From NCBI GenBank assembly GCA_033763315.1, contig JANRKS010000007.1, positions 391,183 through 455,182 of the forward strand: a stretch of 64,000 nucleotides of DNA, written 5' to 3'. This document shows positions 28,038 through 38,034 of this stretch, piece by piece. Numbering within the stretch: the stretch's first letter is position 1; each line of letters starts with the position of its first letter. This stretch comes from Deltaproteobacteria bacterium (GTDB lineage: Bacteria > Myxococcota_A > Polyangia > Fen-1088). A model generated the notes under the pieces. That model made no database searches. It had not been told where the DNA came from and saw nothing but the letters and a program-made list of their open reading frames with translations. The position numbers and the translations under genes were made by a program.

Positions 28038-29461
28038 GCCTTTTCAATTCTGTAGATGTTGCCGAAGATGTCGAACAGATAAAGTTCGTTGTCGTTTCCT
28101 TGAGCGAAGCCCACGAGGCCCTGGATCGGTGTTTCAGGGCTCACGAGTTCGGCTGTGTGATCAATTTGGCAGTAGGCCCTTCCGTCGATCATCAACAGCG
28201 ACCATACGGTGCTGGTCGCATAGTCACCAAAGAAGTATCGGCCATCCATGCCGGCGATTTGCGTTCCGCGATAAACGGCTCCGCCCACGATGGCACGTGC
28301 CAGACGCGATTGAAACCGTGTGGCTTTGGGGTCAAGAGGATGCTCGTACTCGTGCACAGGCAACACCCCGTAAGGCTCTGTTCCAAGCTCAACATAAGGG
28401 TAGTACCTAACAACGCGCGTGCCTTCCATGCCGGGGTTTCCCCACCCGAAATCGAGGCCCGTCGCTCGCAACTGCGCCTTCGGCAGATAGTTCACTTCTT
28501 CCCACGTGGCTTCACCGACGTCGCCGAAATAAAGATCGCCCGTCTTCGCGTCAAACGAGCCACGCCATGGGTTACGCACGCCCTTGGCCCAACCGAAGGG
28601 GTGCGCTTGCGGGCCAGTGAGCGAGCCGGGAGGCGGCGTGGTTAAATCATCCACGTTGAAACGATAGACGGTCGATAAGCCCAACACTTTGCTGCCATAT
28701 TCGTTGGCGCCTCCACCACCGTCGCCCACAGCCGTATAAAGCAAACCATCCGGTCCGAACGCCAACATGCCACCGTTATGAGCGTCGTCGCAGCAGCCAT
28801 TGCGCCCGTTGACACCATCGTGCTGCACAACGAGGATCTGTTTCAGCGTTGGGTCAGCAAGTTCAGGATCTGCGGCAGAACGATGCCCTTCGGCCAACAC
28901 GATGTCGCCTTCGCGCCGCACGCCCTCGAAAAACGGATCGTTCACGGAGCGTGTGTAGAACACAAAGAAGCGCCCGTTCGTCGCGTAATTCGGGTGGAAC
29001 ACAAGGTTCGTGAGCCCGCGTTCGCCTTGGCCGTTGCCTTGGCCTTGAAACGTCGCGATGCTTGCGCGCATGTCTAAGAACGGCTGCGCCAGCGTTTGAC
29101 CGTTTTTGATGACCTTGATCAGTCCCCGCCGCTCAGCGACATAAAAGCGATCATCGCCTTTGGGTTGCACCACAGCCAGCGGCTGATCGGCTGTGCCCAC
29201 GCGTGCCAACTTCAACTTGGGCGGTTTGCACTCGTGCGGCAAAACAATATCAATCACATCGGGGGACGCACCATCCTTGGGAGAATCACTGCTGCCGTCG
29301 AGCGCTGGTCCGTCCCACGCCACCGCAGCATCCACTGCGCCGTCAACCCCGCCATCGGCTCCCTGGCTCTCACTGTCATCGCCGCACGTTGCGGTAAAGC
29401 ACAACAGCATAGCCGCGCAGCTGAAGGACCAAAACAGGGGCGTAGAGAAGCGGTTGAACAT
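28034..29461 (-). CDS. PQQ-dependent sugar dehydrogenase (GSDH/Asd family) lipoprotein
   Basis: GERGLTNLVFHPNYATNGRFFVFYT, HNGGMLAFGPDGLLYTAVGDGG, GVRNPWRGSFD, GDVGEATWEEVN and GRYFFGDY. Confidence 0.92.
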   Translation of the reverse strand: MFNRFSTPLFWSFSCAAMLLCFTATCGDDSESQGADGGVDGAVDAAVAWDGPALDGSSDSPKDGASPDVIDIVLPHECKPPKLKLARVGTADQPLAVVQPKGDDRFYVAERRGLIKVIKNGQTLAQPFLDMRASIATFQGQGNGQGERGLTNLVFHPNYATNGRFFVFYTRSVNDPFFEGVRREGDIVLAEGHRSAADPELADPTLKQILVVQHDGVNGRNGCCDDAHNGGMLAFGPDGLLYTAVGDGGGGANEYGSKVLGLSTVYRFNVDDLTTPPPGSLTGPQAHPFGWAKGVRNPWRGSFDAKTGDLYFGDVGEATWEEVNYLPKAQLRATGLDFGWGNPGMEGTRVVRYYPYVELGTEPYGVLPVHEYEHPLDPKATRFQSRLARAIVGGAVYRGTQIAGMDGRYFFGDYATSTVWSLLMIDGRAYCQIDHTAELVSPETPIQGLVGFAQGNDNELYLFDIFGNIYRIEKA

Positions 29462-29546
29462 CGCCGGAAGTCTCCGCCACGGTGCCGCGTTCTAGGCAAA
29501 ATCCGTGTAAAGTCACTTTCCGGTTCGCTGGATATGTCCTAAACCG

Positions 29547-29562
29547 TGTGACACCAATCACG
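29547..29562. promoter_or_regulatory. Possible CRP/FNR-family binding site
   Basis: TGTGA-CACCAA-TCACG, one mismatch from TGTGA-N6-TCACA, about 90 bp upstream of the GSDH gene. Confidence 0.3.
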
Positions 29563-29777
29563 AAATGAAGTCACGGATCGAAGATGTTGCCACGAAGGCG
29601 CGCCTTCTTTACTCGGCACGCTGGGGACGGCACGACCTTGAGCTGTGGGATTCTCGCGAAATCGGCATCGTTCGTGAGCCACTCGCATCCACGCTCAGAT
29701 GATGCGTACGCATCACCGGGCTTCAGCGTGAATCAGCTCACCGGCAGAACGGCAAGGTCCATGCTGGGGGCACCCGT

Positions 29778-29810
29778 AAAAAAAAGGCGCCCCCGGAGGA
29801 GCGCCTTTTA
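29778..29810 (-). terminator. Intrinsic terminator downstream of the Calx-beta repeat gene
   Basis: AAAAGGCGC...GCGCCTTTT stem with an 8-A run, giving a U-tail on the minus strand. Confidence 0.85.
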
Positions 29811-29832
29811 GAGCGTCTATGGCGTTTGAGCC

Positions 29833-32800
29833 TTAGTCGTTGTCGCTGTTGGTGACTTCGACGGTTTGCTGTGGGCGTGCCGCGTAGTCGGCGTCAGCGC
29901 TGGTCGCCGAGCTTACCAAGATGAGGTAGGCCTGGTTGCCGTCCGATACGTTGTCGTCAGCGCCCGTGATCTCCACCGTGCGAGGCGTCTTCCAATCGTC
30001 GCCCGTTGTGGTGAAGGTCAAGGTGGTGACGCTCAACGCGCCTTCGGCAGGATTGCCCGTGAGGGTGATAGTGACACCCGCCTTCGGACGAGAGTTCAGC
30101 ACAACGGTGAAGCTGTCCTTGGTTCCCGATTCCGAAGTGACGAGGCCCCTGGTGCGCGACAACGTGAAACCCGGGGTTTCGTCATCGTTGTTGGTACCCT
30201 TGACGGTGCCCCAGGTCTTCGCTGCATAGCTTGTGTCCGTTGCTGAAGTGGACTTGGCTGTGATCACGAAGGCTTGGTTGCCGTCGGCCACGTCGTCGTT
30301 CTTGCCCTTCACCGTGACCGTTTGTTCAACGTTCCAGTTGCCGGCGGTAAACACAACGCTGGCTGGGGTTTCCATCTCGGCGGTGTCGTTCACTGTGAAG
30401 GACACCGTCACGTCTGCCGTGGGTTGCGATTGCAGACGCACCTTGAACGAACTCGTTTGACCGTTTTCGTTCGTGACGAGGCCCGTGGCCGGCGTGAGGT
30501 TCACGCCAGCAGTTTCGTCATCCAACGTTTTGCCAGGCAGTGGCGAAATGGGTTGGTTGTTGTAGTCGGGATCGGTGCTACTGCTGTTGTAGAACGAGAT
30601 GCTGAAGTCTTGGTTGCCATCGGCAAGGTTGTCGTTGACGCCCGTGACCTTCACAAACTTCTTCCCGTTCCATTCGTCTGGCGCGATGGTGATCGTCGTT
30701 TTGTCGATGGTCGCCTCGCTTGCGTCGGAGACCACGATGCCGGGCAATGTGACCGCCGCCGTGGGCTTTGACTTCAACGTTACGTAGAACGTTGCCGTCT
30801 TCGTCCCATCTTCGTTGACGGTGATGGCTTCATCGGAATCCACCACGATGCCCGCAGAGTCGTTGTCTTGGTTGATGCCAGCAACGTTCTCGGCATCCAC
30901 GCCGTTGTACTTCGCGTCTGAGCTCTCAGCAGGTGCCGTAATCACAACGTAAGGCCGGTCGCCGTCCTTCGACGGATCGTCAAGGCCTGTGACAGTGACG
31001 GTTTGCAGGCCCTTCCAGTTAACCGAGTTGAAGGTCAACTTGGCTGGGCTGGCCGCAGCTTCACCGTTGCTGACAGACAAAGCCACTGTGACGTCCGCGG
31101 TTGGCTGAGAACGCAAACGCATCGTGAACGTAGCTTGCTTGCCGCCTTCGTCGGTGACCAAACCGCTTTCGCCCGGACCAACCACTTCGATTCCGGGTTG
31201 TTCGTCGTCTTTGTTTGTGATCTGGACGTTGCGGTCCTTTTTACCAACATAGTTTGGATCGGTGCTCTGTGACGGATCCAAGATGATCTCGAACACCTGG
31301 TCGCCATCCGCCACGTCGTCGTTGACGCCCGTGACCGTGACTTCTTGTTGCGCGTTCCAGTTGGCCGCGGTGAAGGTCAGCAGTTCCGTGGAGACCAAGC
31401 CTTCGGTCAAGTCGCCGCTGCGCACCGCGATCGTTACGTTCGCCACAGGCTGGGTTCGCAACGCAACAGTGAACGCAGCCTTGCCGCCTTCCTCAGTGGT
31501 TTGCAAGCCGCTGTTGGCCGTCACAATCACGCCCGCTGTGTCGTTGTCGATGTTGGTTACCGATACGTCCTGAGGATCGAGGCCGTTGTAGCCAGGATCA
31601 TCGCTGGTGGCGGGAGCCAAGATGACTGCGTAGCCTCGGTCGCCATCCTGAACGGCGTCGTCTTTGCCCGTCAAGGTGATGAACTGAGGAGAGAACCAGT
31701 TTGCCGACGTGAACACGAGTTCCGCGTCGCTGACTTGGCCCTCGGCTGTGTTGCCGCTGCTTACCGCGATCTTCACGTCTTTGGTGGGCTCACTGTTCAA
31801 CACCACGCTGAACTTTGGTGCAAGGTTGCCTGCTTCATTGGTGACAAGGACCGTAGGTGTCACCGTGAAACCAGCTTGCTCGTCATCAATGTTCGACAAC
31901 ACAACGTCACTGGCATCAAGCCCGTTGTACTTCATGTCTGCGCTGGTCGCAGCCAAGAAGCGAACCGTGTACTCCTGCAGACCGTCAGCCAGCTTGTCGT
32001 CAACGCCTGTGACCGTGACCTCTTGAGGCGCGTTCCAGTTCGCCGCAGAGAAGGTCAAAGACACCTTATTCACGGCACCCTCTGTGGTGTCTGAGCTTTC
32101 CACGGGCACGGTCACATCAGCGGTTGGCTGAGAGTTGAGAACCACCGAAATCTTCGTGGTTGTCCCAGACTCACGGGTGCGGTTGGCGCCCAACAGGGCC
32201 ACCCGGATGTTCGGGGTTTCGTCGTCGATGTTGGTGACCTTGACGTCGTCAACGGGCAGGTTGTTGTATTCGGCATCCGGGCTGACCGTCAGACCTGTAA
32301 CGATGGCGAATTCCACGTCACCGTCGGCAACAGCGTCGTCCTTACCTGCAACGGTGACCCTTTGCTCGCTTTCCCAGTTGGCCGGTGTGAATACCAATTC
32401 GGTCGTGTCAGCTTCGCCTTCGGCGACCTTGCTGCTGGCGATGGAGATCTTCACGTTGTCTGCAGGTTGTGTGTTCAATGCCACCGTGAAACTCGCGGAG
32501 CCTCCAGCTTCCGTTGTGCTGATGGCCAAAGGCGTGACGCGGACACCAGGGTTGGCGTCGTCGTTCAAGACGGCGACGTCAGGGGGATTGATCGCGGCAT
32601 ACGCTGCATCCGTGCTGGCGGCTTGCGAGGTAATGATCGTGTAGAGCTGATCACCATCGAACACGTTATCGGCAACGCCCGTGATCGTCACCTCCTTCAA
32701 TGAGTTCCAATCGGCCAGCGTAAAGACATAGCTGGCTGGAGACACCGTGCCTTCGGTCGCATCGCTGCTCGTGAAGTTGACTGTGACGGGGGAGCTCGGC

Positions 32801-35007
32801 TTGCTGTTCAGGCGAATCGTAAACTTTGCTTGGCCACCCTTCTCGGTGGTCAACAAGCCTTCGACCGGCGTTATGGTGATACCGGCGCTGTCGTCGTCCG
32901 TGTTGGAGACGGTCACATCCGCAGGATTGCGGCTCTTGTAGTTGACGTCCTCGCTGATGCCTTCGCCGATGACGATGGTGTAAGGCTGGTTGCCGTCGGC
33001 TTCGTCATCGTTGACGCCGGTCACTGTCACGGTCTTGGGGCTCGCCCACGAGTCGCGCGTGAAGGTCACGGTGCTGGTGGAAACGGTGCCTTCGGTCGTC
33101 TTGCTGCTGGCCACCGGAAAAGTAACGTCGCCCGTGGGTCGGGTTGCCAGAACGATGGTGAAAGTCGCTTGGCCGCCGCGTTCCGTGGTGACGAGACCAG
33201 ACGTTGGCGACACGATTACATTCGGCGTGTCGTTATCAGTGTTCGTCAATTCAACATCGGCAGCGTCGCGCGTGTCGTAGCCAACATCCGAGCTAACGGC
33301 AGGGGCCAGAACGATCTTGTAGACCTGGTTACCATCAATGTCGTCATCGTTTACGCCTGTGACCGTTACATTGCGCACGCCGTTCCAGTTGTCAGGTGTG
33401 AACACGAGCTGGGTAGGTGATACCGTGCCTTCGGAGGTATCAGAGCTGGAGACGGGGATCGTGACGTTGCCCGAGGGCCGTGTTTGCAAGCGCACGGTGA
33501 AGGTTGCGGTGCCGCCGGCCTCAGTGGTCGTCAAATTGGCAGCCGCAACCACCAAGATGGCGGGCATGTCGTTGTCATTGTTCGTAACAGGCACATCAAG
33601 AGGATCGACGCCATTGTATCCAGCGTCCGTGCTAGTGGCCGCGCCAGTAACGATGGAGTAAACCTGATTTCCATCCGCCGCATCATCATTGACGCCGGTG
33701 ATGGTCACCGTTTGTGGGGCGTTCCAGTTGTCGGTTGTGAAAGTCAACGAGGCAGGAGCCACCGTCCCTTCAGCTGGCTTGCTGCTCGATAGAGCGATCG
33801 TCACATTCGCCGATGGCTTGCTTTGCAAGGCCACCGTGAACGTGGTGGAAGTGCCATCTTCCGAGGTCACAAGGGGTGTGAGCGGAGCAAACACGAACCC
33901 TGGAGAATCGTTGTCCTGGGTGATGCCGGTGACATCGGCCGGATTGACAGCGTTGTAAGTGAGGTCAGCGCTGGTGGCTGGCCCGGTCGCGATCGTGAAA
34001 GGTTGATTGCCATCGGCAACGTCGTCATTGACGCCCGTCACCATTGCGGTTTGCGGTGCATTCCAGTTCGCAGGCGTGAACGTGAAGCTGGCAGGAGACA
34101 CGGTGGCCTCGCCGGTATCGGAACTAACGAGGGGGATCACCACGTCGGCGGTGGGCTTCGTGTTCAAAGTGATCTTGAACGAAGCCGTCGTGCCATTTTC
34201 ACTAACCACCAGGCCGCTCGTGGGCTGCACAGCCACGCCGGCCGTGTCGTTGTCAACGTTTGAAATGGCAACGTCAGCAGCGTCAATGATGTAGGCGGGG
34301 TCCGCGCTTGTGGAAAGGCCCAAAGCAATCGTATAAGCCACCTCGCCGTCGGCTTCTGTGTCGTCGACACCGGTCACAGTGACCGTTTGTGGCGCATTCC
34401 AGTTGAGGTTCGTGAAGGTCAACGTCGCCGGAGCGGCCGTGCCTTCGGTCGCGTCCTGAGAAGCTACGGGAATCGTGACGTCGCCCGCAGGCTGGCTGTT
34501 GAGCACAACCGTGAAGGTGGCTGCACCACCCGCCTCCGTCGTGCGAAGACCGGCCACCGGCGTGACCGTCACACCGGCGGTCTCGCTGTCGATGTTGGTC
34601 ACCGTGACGTCAGCGGGATCCAGGCCGGCGTACTTCTTGTCCGTGCTGACTACGGGCGCTAGCACGATCGTGTACGCCACATTGCCGTCGGCAACGGCGT
34701 CGTCGACGCCGGCCATAGTTACGACCTGTGGAGCGGCGAAATTCGCCTTGGTGAAGGTCAGCGTGGCCGGAGACACGGTGCCCTCGGTTGTGTCGGAACT
34801 CGAAATGGCGATGGTCACGTCTGCGCTCGGAGCTGTGCCGAGCGAAACGCTGAAGAAAGCCTGGCCGCCAGCCTCTGTGGTGGTCAACCCCGTGGTGGGG
34901 GACACGTTCACCAATGGCGTGACCTTGGCCTTGTCGTCGCCACACCCGCCGAAGCAGCCGAGTAGCATAGCTAAACCTGCGAAACTAATTACTTTTTTCT
35001 GTAGCAT
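29833..35007 (-). CDS. Large lipoprotein of 15 tandem Calx-beta/cadherin-like Ca-binding repeats (putative adhesin or surface stalk)
   Basis: ATG 35007 (MLQKKVISFAG..FGGC lipobox); 15 repeats of about 112 aa with T-T-E-x-G..F-x-V-x-L..LTFT..NW..VTVTGVND..DG..N-x-D-N-D. Confidence 0.85.
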   Translation of the reverse strand: MLQKKVISFAGLAMLLGCFGGCGDDKAKVTPLVNVSPTTGLTTTEAGGQAFFSVSLGTAPSADVTIAISSSDTTEGTVSPATLTFTKANFAAPQVVTMAGVDDAVADGNVAYTIVLAPVVSTDKKYAGLDPADVTVTNIDSETAGVTVTPVAGLRTTEAGGAATFTVVLNSQPAGDVTIPVASQDATEGTAAPATLTFTNLNWNAPQTVTVTGVDDTEADGEVAYTIALGLSTSADPAYIIDAADVAISNVDNDTAGVAVQPTSGLVVSENGTTASFKITLNTKPTADVVIPLVSSDTGEATVSPASFTFTPANWNAPQTAMVTGVNDDVADGNQPFTIATGPATSADLTYNAVNPADVTGITQDNDSPGFVFAPLTPLVTSEDGTSTTFTVALQSKPSANVTIALSSSKPAEGTVAPASLTFTTDNWNAPQTVTITGVNDDAADGNQVYSIVTGAATSTDAGYNGVDPLDVPVTNNDNDMPAILVVAAANLTTTEAGGTATFTVRLQTRPSGNVTIPVSSSDTSEGTVSPTQLVFTPDNWNGVRNVTVTGVNDDDIDGNQVYKIVLAPAVSSDVGYDTRDAADVELTNTDNDTPNVIVSPTSGLVTTERGGQATFTIVLATRPTGDVTFPVASSKTTEGTVSTSTVTFTRDSWASPKTVTVTGVNDDEADGNQPYTIVIGEGISEDVNYKSRNPADVTVSNTDDDSAGITITPVEGLLTTEKGGQAKFTIRLNSKPSSPVTVNFTSSDATEGTVSPASYVFTLADWNSLKEVTITGVADNVFDGDQLYTIITSQAASTDAAYAAINPPDVAVLNDDANPGVRVTPLAISTTEAGGSASFTVALNTQPADNVKISIASSKVAEGEADTTELVFTPANWESEQRVTVAGKDDAVADGDVEFAIVTGLTVSPDAEYNNLPVDDVKVTNIDDETPNIRVALLGANRTRESGTTTKISVVLNSQPTADVTVPVESSDTTEGAVNKVSLTFSAANWNAPQEVTVTGVDDKLADGLQEYTVRFLAATSADMKYNGLDASDVVLSNIDDEQAGFTVTPTVLVTNEAGNLAPKFSVVLNSEPTKDVKIAVSSGNTAEGQVSDAELVFTSANWFSPQFITLTGKDDAVQDGDRGYAVILAPATSDDPGYNGLDPQDVSVTNIDNDTAGVIVTANSGLQTTEEGGKAAFTVALRTQPVANVTIAVRSGDLTEGLVSTELLTFTAANWNAQQEVTVTGVNDDVADGDQVFEIILDPSQSTDPNYVGKKDRNVQITNKDDEQPGIEVVGPGESGLVTDEGGKQATFTMRLRSQPTADVTVALSVSNGEAAASPAKLTFNSVNWKGLQTVTVTGLDDPSKDGDRPYVVITAPAESSDAKYNGVDAENVAGINQDNDSAGIVVDSDEAITVNEDGTKTATFYVTLKSKPTAAVTLPGIVVSDASEATIDKTTITIAPDEWNGKKFVKVTGVNDNLADGNQDFSISFYNSSSTDPDYNNQPISPLPGKTLDDETAGVNLTPATGLVTNENGQTSSFKVRLQSQPTADVTVSFTVNDTAEMETPASVVFTAGNWNVEQTVTVKGKNDDVADGNQAFVITAKSTSATDTSYAAKTWGTVKGTNNDDETPGFTLSRTRGLVTSESGTKDSFTVVLNSRPKAGVTITLTGNPAEGALSVTTLTFTTTGDDWKTPRTVEITGADDNVSDGNQAYLILVSSATSADADYAARPQQTVEVTNSDND

Positions 35008-35361
35008 AAAACCCTTCCCGTACATTGCGCGGAATACTACACGTGTGCGGCAAAAATGGCTAGCCGGTTCTCTGACGTACACCCGCCGCGAACATAGCCA
35101 TATCCAGCCGGGTGTGGGCGTCTTCGGCTGGCGTGCGGAGAGGTCAGTTCGCGCCGACTTTATTGGACATGCATGGGACTAGCGCACCTGCACTCACACG
35201 GCGTCACTGTTGCTGACCACTAAAATTGAGTCAGAGGCTACCTTGAGAGCGCATCAACCCCTCTAGTGGCATGGCCAGCCCCCGGCCACGCCCGCGAGTA
35301 ACCCCAGCAAACACAAATGGTTATCGACCTACGCGGCCTATCTTGATACGTTCCGCGTTGC

Positions 35362-38019
35362 ATGAATTCTGCGGACGGCGCTAACGGAACCACCCCTCCT
35401 GCTACGCCCCCCACGCCCCCGCCGGGACCTCCTGGCGCCGGTGGCTTCCGGGTGCCTGTTTCAATCGAAGAGGAAATGAAGTCCTCGTTCATGGATTACG
35501 CCATGAGCGTCATCGTCTCGCGCGCGCTCCCTGACGTGCGTGACGGCCTCAAGCCCGTGCACCGGCGCATCCTCTACACGCAACAGACGATGAACAACGT
35601 CTGGAACCGGCCTTACATCAAATGCGCACGCGTGGTTGGTGAAGTGCTTGGTAAGTTTCACCCGCACGGCGACTCCGCGGCCTACGACGCGCTTGTGCGT
35701 TTGGCGCAGGATTTCTCGATGCGCTACCCGTTGATCGACGGGCAAGGCAACTTCGGTTCGGTCGATGGCGATCCCCCTGCGGCTTATCGTTATACCGAGT
35801 GCCGCATGGAGAAGATCGGCCAAGAGGTGCTGGCCGACATCGATAAAGAGACCGTCGATTTTCAGCCCAACTACGACGACAAAGAAGTTGAGCCCACGGT
35901 TCTGCCCACGCGCATCCCGAACCTACTGGTCAACGGCGCCGCGGGGATCGCGGTGGGTATGGCCACCAACATCCCGCCCCACAACCTGCGTGAGGTGATC
36001 ACGGCGGCCATCGCGTTGGCCGCAAACCCGGATCTGACTTGGGAAGATCTGCTTGAGTACGTGCCCGCGCCTGATTTTCCCACGGGCGGCTTCATTTGTG
36101 GCACCGCCGGCGTGCGGCGTGCGTTCGCCACGGGGCGTGGCAGCGTGATCATGCGCGCTCGCACGGCGATTGAAGAGCACCCCAAAACGGGTCGCAAAGC
36201 CATCATCGCCACAGAAATTCCTTACCAGGTCAACAAGTCGCGCCTGATCGAAAAGGTCGCCGAGTTGGTGAGGGAAAAGAAGATCGAAGGCATCTCTGAC
36301 ATGCGCGATGAATCCGATCGCGAAGGCATGCGGATCGTCATCGAGCTTAAAAAAGATGCTGTTCCTGAAGTTGTTTTGAACAACTTGTACAAGATGACGC
36401 CGCTGCAAGAAAGCTTTGGCGTCAACATGGTGGCCATTGTGGATGGCCGCCCTGAGATGGTGAACCTCCGCCAGTGTTTGCAGTATTTCTTGCTGCACCG
36501 CCGCGAGGTGGTCACACGCCGCACGGTGTTCGAGCTCAAGAAAGCTCGCGACCGTATGCACATCTTGGAGGGCCTCAAGATTGCCGTCGATCACATCGAC
36601 GAGGTGATTGCGATCATCCGGCGTTCGAAGGACACCGAAACCGCGCGTTACTCATTGATGTCGTCGTTCGGGTTGTCACAACGGCAATCGCAGGCGATTT
36701 TGGATATGCGCTTGGCCAAGTTGACGGGCCTCGAAATCGAAGCGCTTGAGGCCGAGATTCGCGAAGTGGCGATCGAGATCGCGCGGCTTGAGGCCATCTT
36801 GGGCAGCGACGCCGAGCTTATGCGCGTGGTCGTGGCCGAGCTTGAAGAAGTGCGCACGCTTTACGGCGACGATCGGCGCACAGAGATTTTGAATGTTGAT
36901 GAAACCGACATCGACATCGAAGACATGATCGCCGAAGAGGACATGGTTGTGACCGTGACCCACGGCGGGTATGTCAAGCGCAACGCCGAGACGGAATACA
37001 AAGCACAACGCCGCGGCGGCCGTGGTGTCAAAGGCACAACAACACACGAAGAAGATTTCGTGACGCAATTGTTCGTGGCTTCCACGCACGACACGTTGTT
37101 GATGTTCACGAACAAGGGCCGCTGCTACTCAAAGAAGATTTGGCAGATCCCGGCGGCTGGTCGTTACGCGAAAGGCAAGGCGTTCGTTAATCTGATTGCC
37201 TTGCAGGAGGGCGAACGTGTGGTGGCCTTGCAGGCTGTGCGAACGTTCTCCGAAGGCGCCTTCGTGGCGATGGCCACCCGCAAGGGCGTCATCAAGAAAA
37301 CTTCGTTGGAAGCGTTCTCAGCCATTCGTGCCACCGGCATCATCGCCCTATCGATTGATGAAGACGACGACCTCATCGTCGTGCGCATCACCGAAGGCAA
37401 CAGCGACTTCTTGTTGGGCACGAAGAACGGGTGGGCGCTGCGCTTCGGTGAAGAGAAGGTGCGGCCGATGGGGCGCACGGCGCGCGGTGTGCGCGGTGTG
37501 AACCTGCGCGACGCCACCGATGAAGTGGTGGGCATGGCGGTGATTCCACGTGACGTGCCGGCCACGCTGCTCACGGTGTGCGAACGCGGGTACGGCAAGC
37601 GCACCCCAACCTCGGATTACCCCACCAAGGGCCGCGGCGGCAAAGGCGTGATCGCGATCAAGACGAGCGAACGCAACGGCAAAGTGGTTTCACTGCGCAT
37701 TGTGGCCGACGATGACGATTTGATGATCATCACCGACGGCGGCAAGTTGATCCGCATGCCCGTCAATGGCGTGCCCACCGTGGGCCGCAACACCCAGGGC
37801 GTGCGCCTCATTCGTTTGGATGAAGGCGAAAAGGTGGTTGCAATGGAGCGCCTCGCCGAATCTGAAGAAGAGGCCGAGGTGGCGCCTGAAGTGGCCGCGG
37901 CTCGCGCCGAGTTGGCATCCGTTCCGCTGGCTGAGGAAGATCTCGGCGAAGAAGGCGATGACGACGAGGCCGTGGACGAAGATGAGGATGGCGACGAAGC
38001 GGGCGGCGACGAAGAATAA
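35362..38019 (+). CDS. gyrA: DNA gyrase subunit A
   Basis: [31 protein letters not shown] catalytic Tyr, GyrA-box QRRGGRG and an acidic tail. Confidence 0.98.
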   Translation: MNSADGANGTTPPATPPTPPPGPPGAGGFRVPVSIEEEMKSSFMDYAMSVIVSRALPDVRDGLKPVHRRILYTQQTMNNVWNRPYIKCARVVGEVLGKFHPHGDSAAYDALVRLAQDFSMRYPLIDGQGNFGSVDGDPPAAYRYTECRMEKIGQEVLADIDKETVDFQPNYDDKEVEPTVLPTRIPNLLVNGAAGIAVGMATNIPPHNLREVITAAIALAANPDLTWEDLLEYVPAPDFPTGGFICGTAGVRRAFATGRGSVIMRARTAIEEHPKTGRKAIIATEIPYQVNKSRLIEKVAELVREKKIEGISDMRDESDREGMRIVIELKKDAVPEVVLNNLYKMTPLQESFGVNMVAIVDGRPEMVNLRQCLQYFLLHRREVVTRRTVFELKKARDRMHILEGLKIAVDHIDEVIAIIRRSKDTETARYSLMSSFGLSQRQSQAILDMRLAKLTGLEIEALEAEIREVAIEIARLEAILGSDAELMRVVVAELEEVRTLYGDDRRTEILNVDETDIDIEDMIAEEDMVVTVTHGGYVKRNAETEYKAQRRGGRGVKGTTTHEEDFVTQLFVASTHDTLLMFTNKGRCYSKKIWQIPAAGRYAKGKAFVNLIALQEGERVVALQAVRTFSEGAFVAMATRKGVIKKTSLEAFSAIRATGIIALSIDEDDDLIVVRITEGNSDFLLGTKNGWALRFGEEKVRPMGRTARGVRGVNLRDATDEVVGMAVIPRDVPATLLTVCERGYGKRTPTSDYPTKGRGGKGVIAIKTSERNGKVVSLRIVADDDDLMIITDGGKLIRMPVNGVPTVGRNTQGVRLIRLDEGEKVVAMERLAESEEEAEVAPEVAAARAELASVPLAEEDLGEEGDDDEAVDEDEDGDEAGGDEE

Positions 38020-38034
38020 ACCGTAAGGCACCCC

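Noticed and set aside
29580-29775. Possible structured ncRNA or riboswitch in the long intergenic region, including the GATGCGTACGCATC palindrome
   Set aside because: Only short palindromes were seen and no known RNA family consensus was recognised; it cannot be supported without a covariance search.
29866-35182. Series of plus-strand ORFs with repeated VTVT/SSLTP motifs
   Set aside because: Antisense reading of the Calx-beta repeat gene, not independent genes.
16899-35361. Prophage, ICE or transposon explanation for the lipoprotein block
   Set aside because: No integrase, transposase, tRNA target or flanking direct repeats were recognised.
35362-38019. ParC identity or a quinolone-resistance allele
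   Set aside because: The GyrA-box QRRGGRG is present, and the QRDR reads HGDSAAYD with the wild-type-like Ser and Asp.
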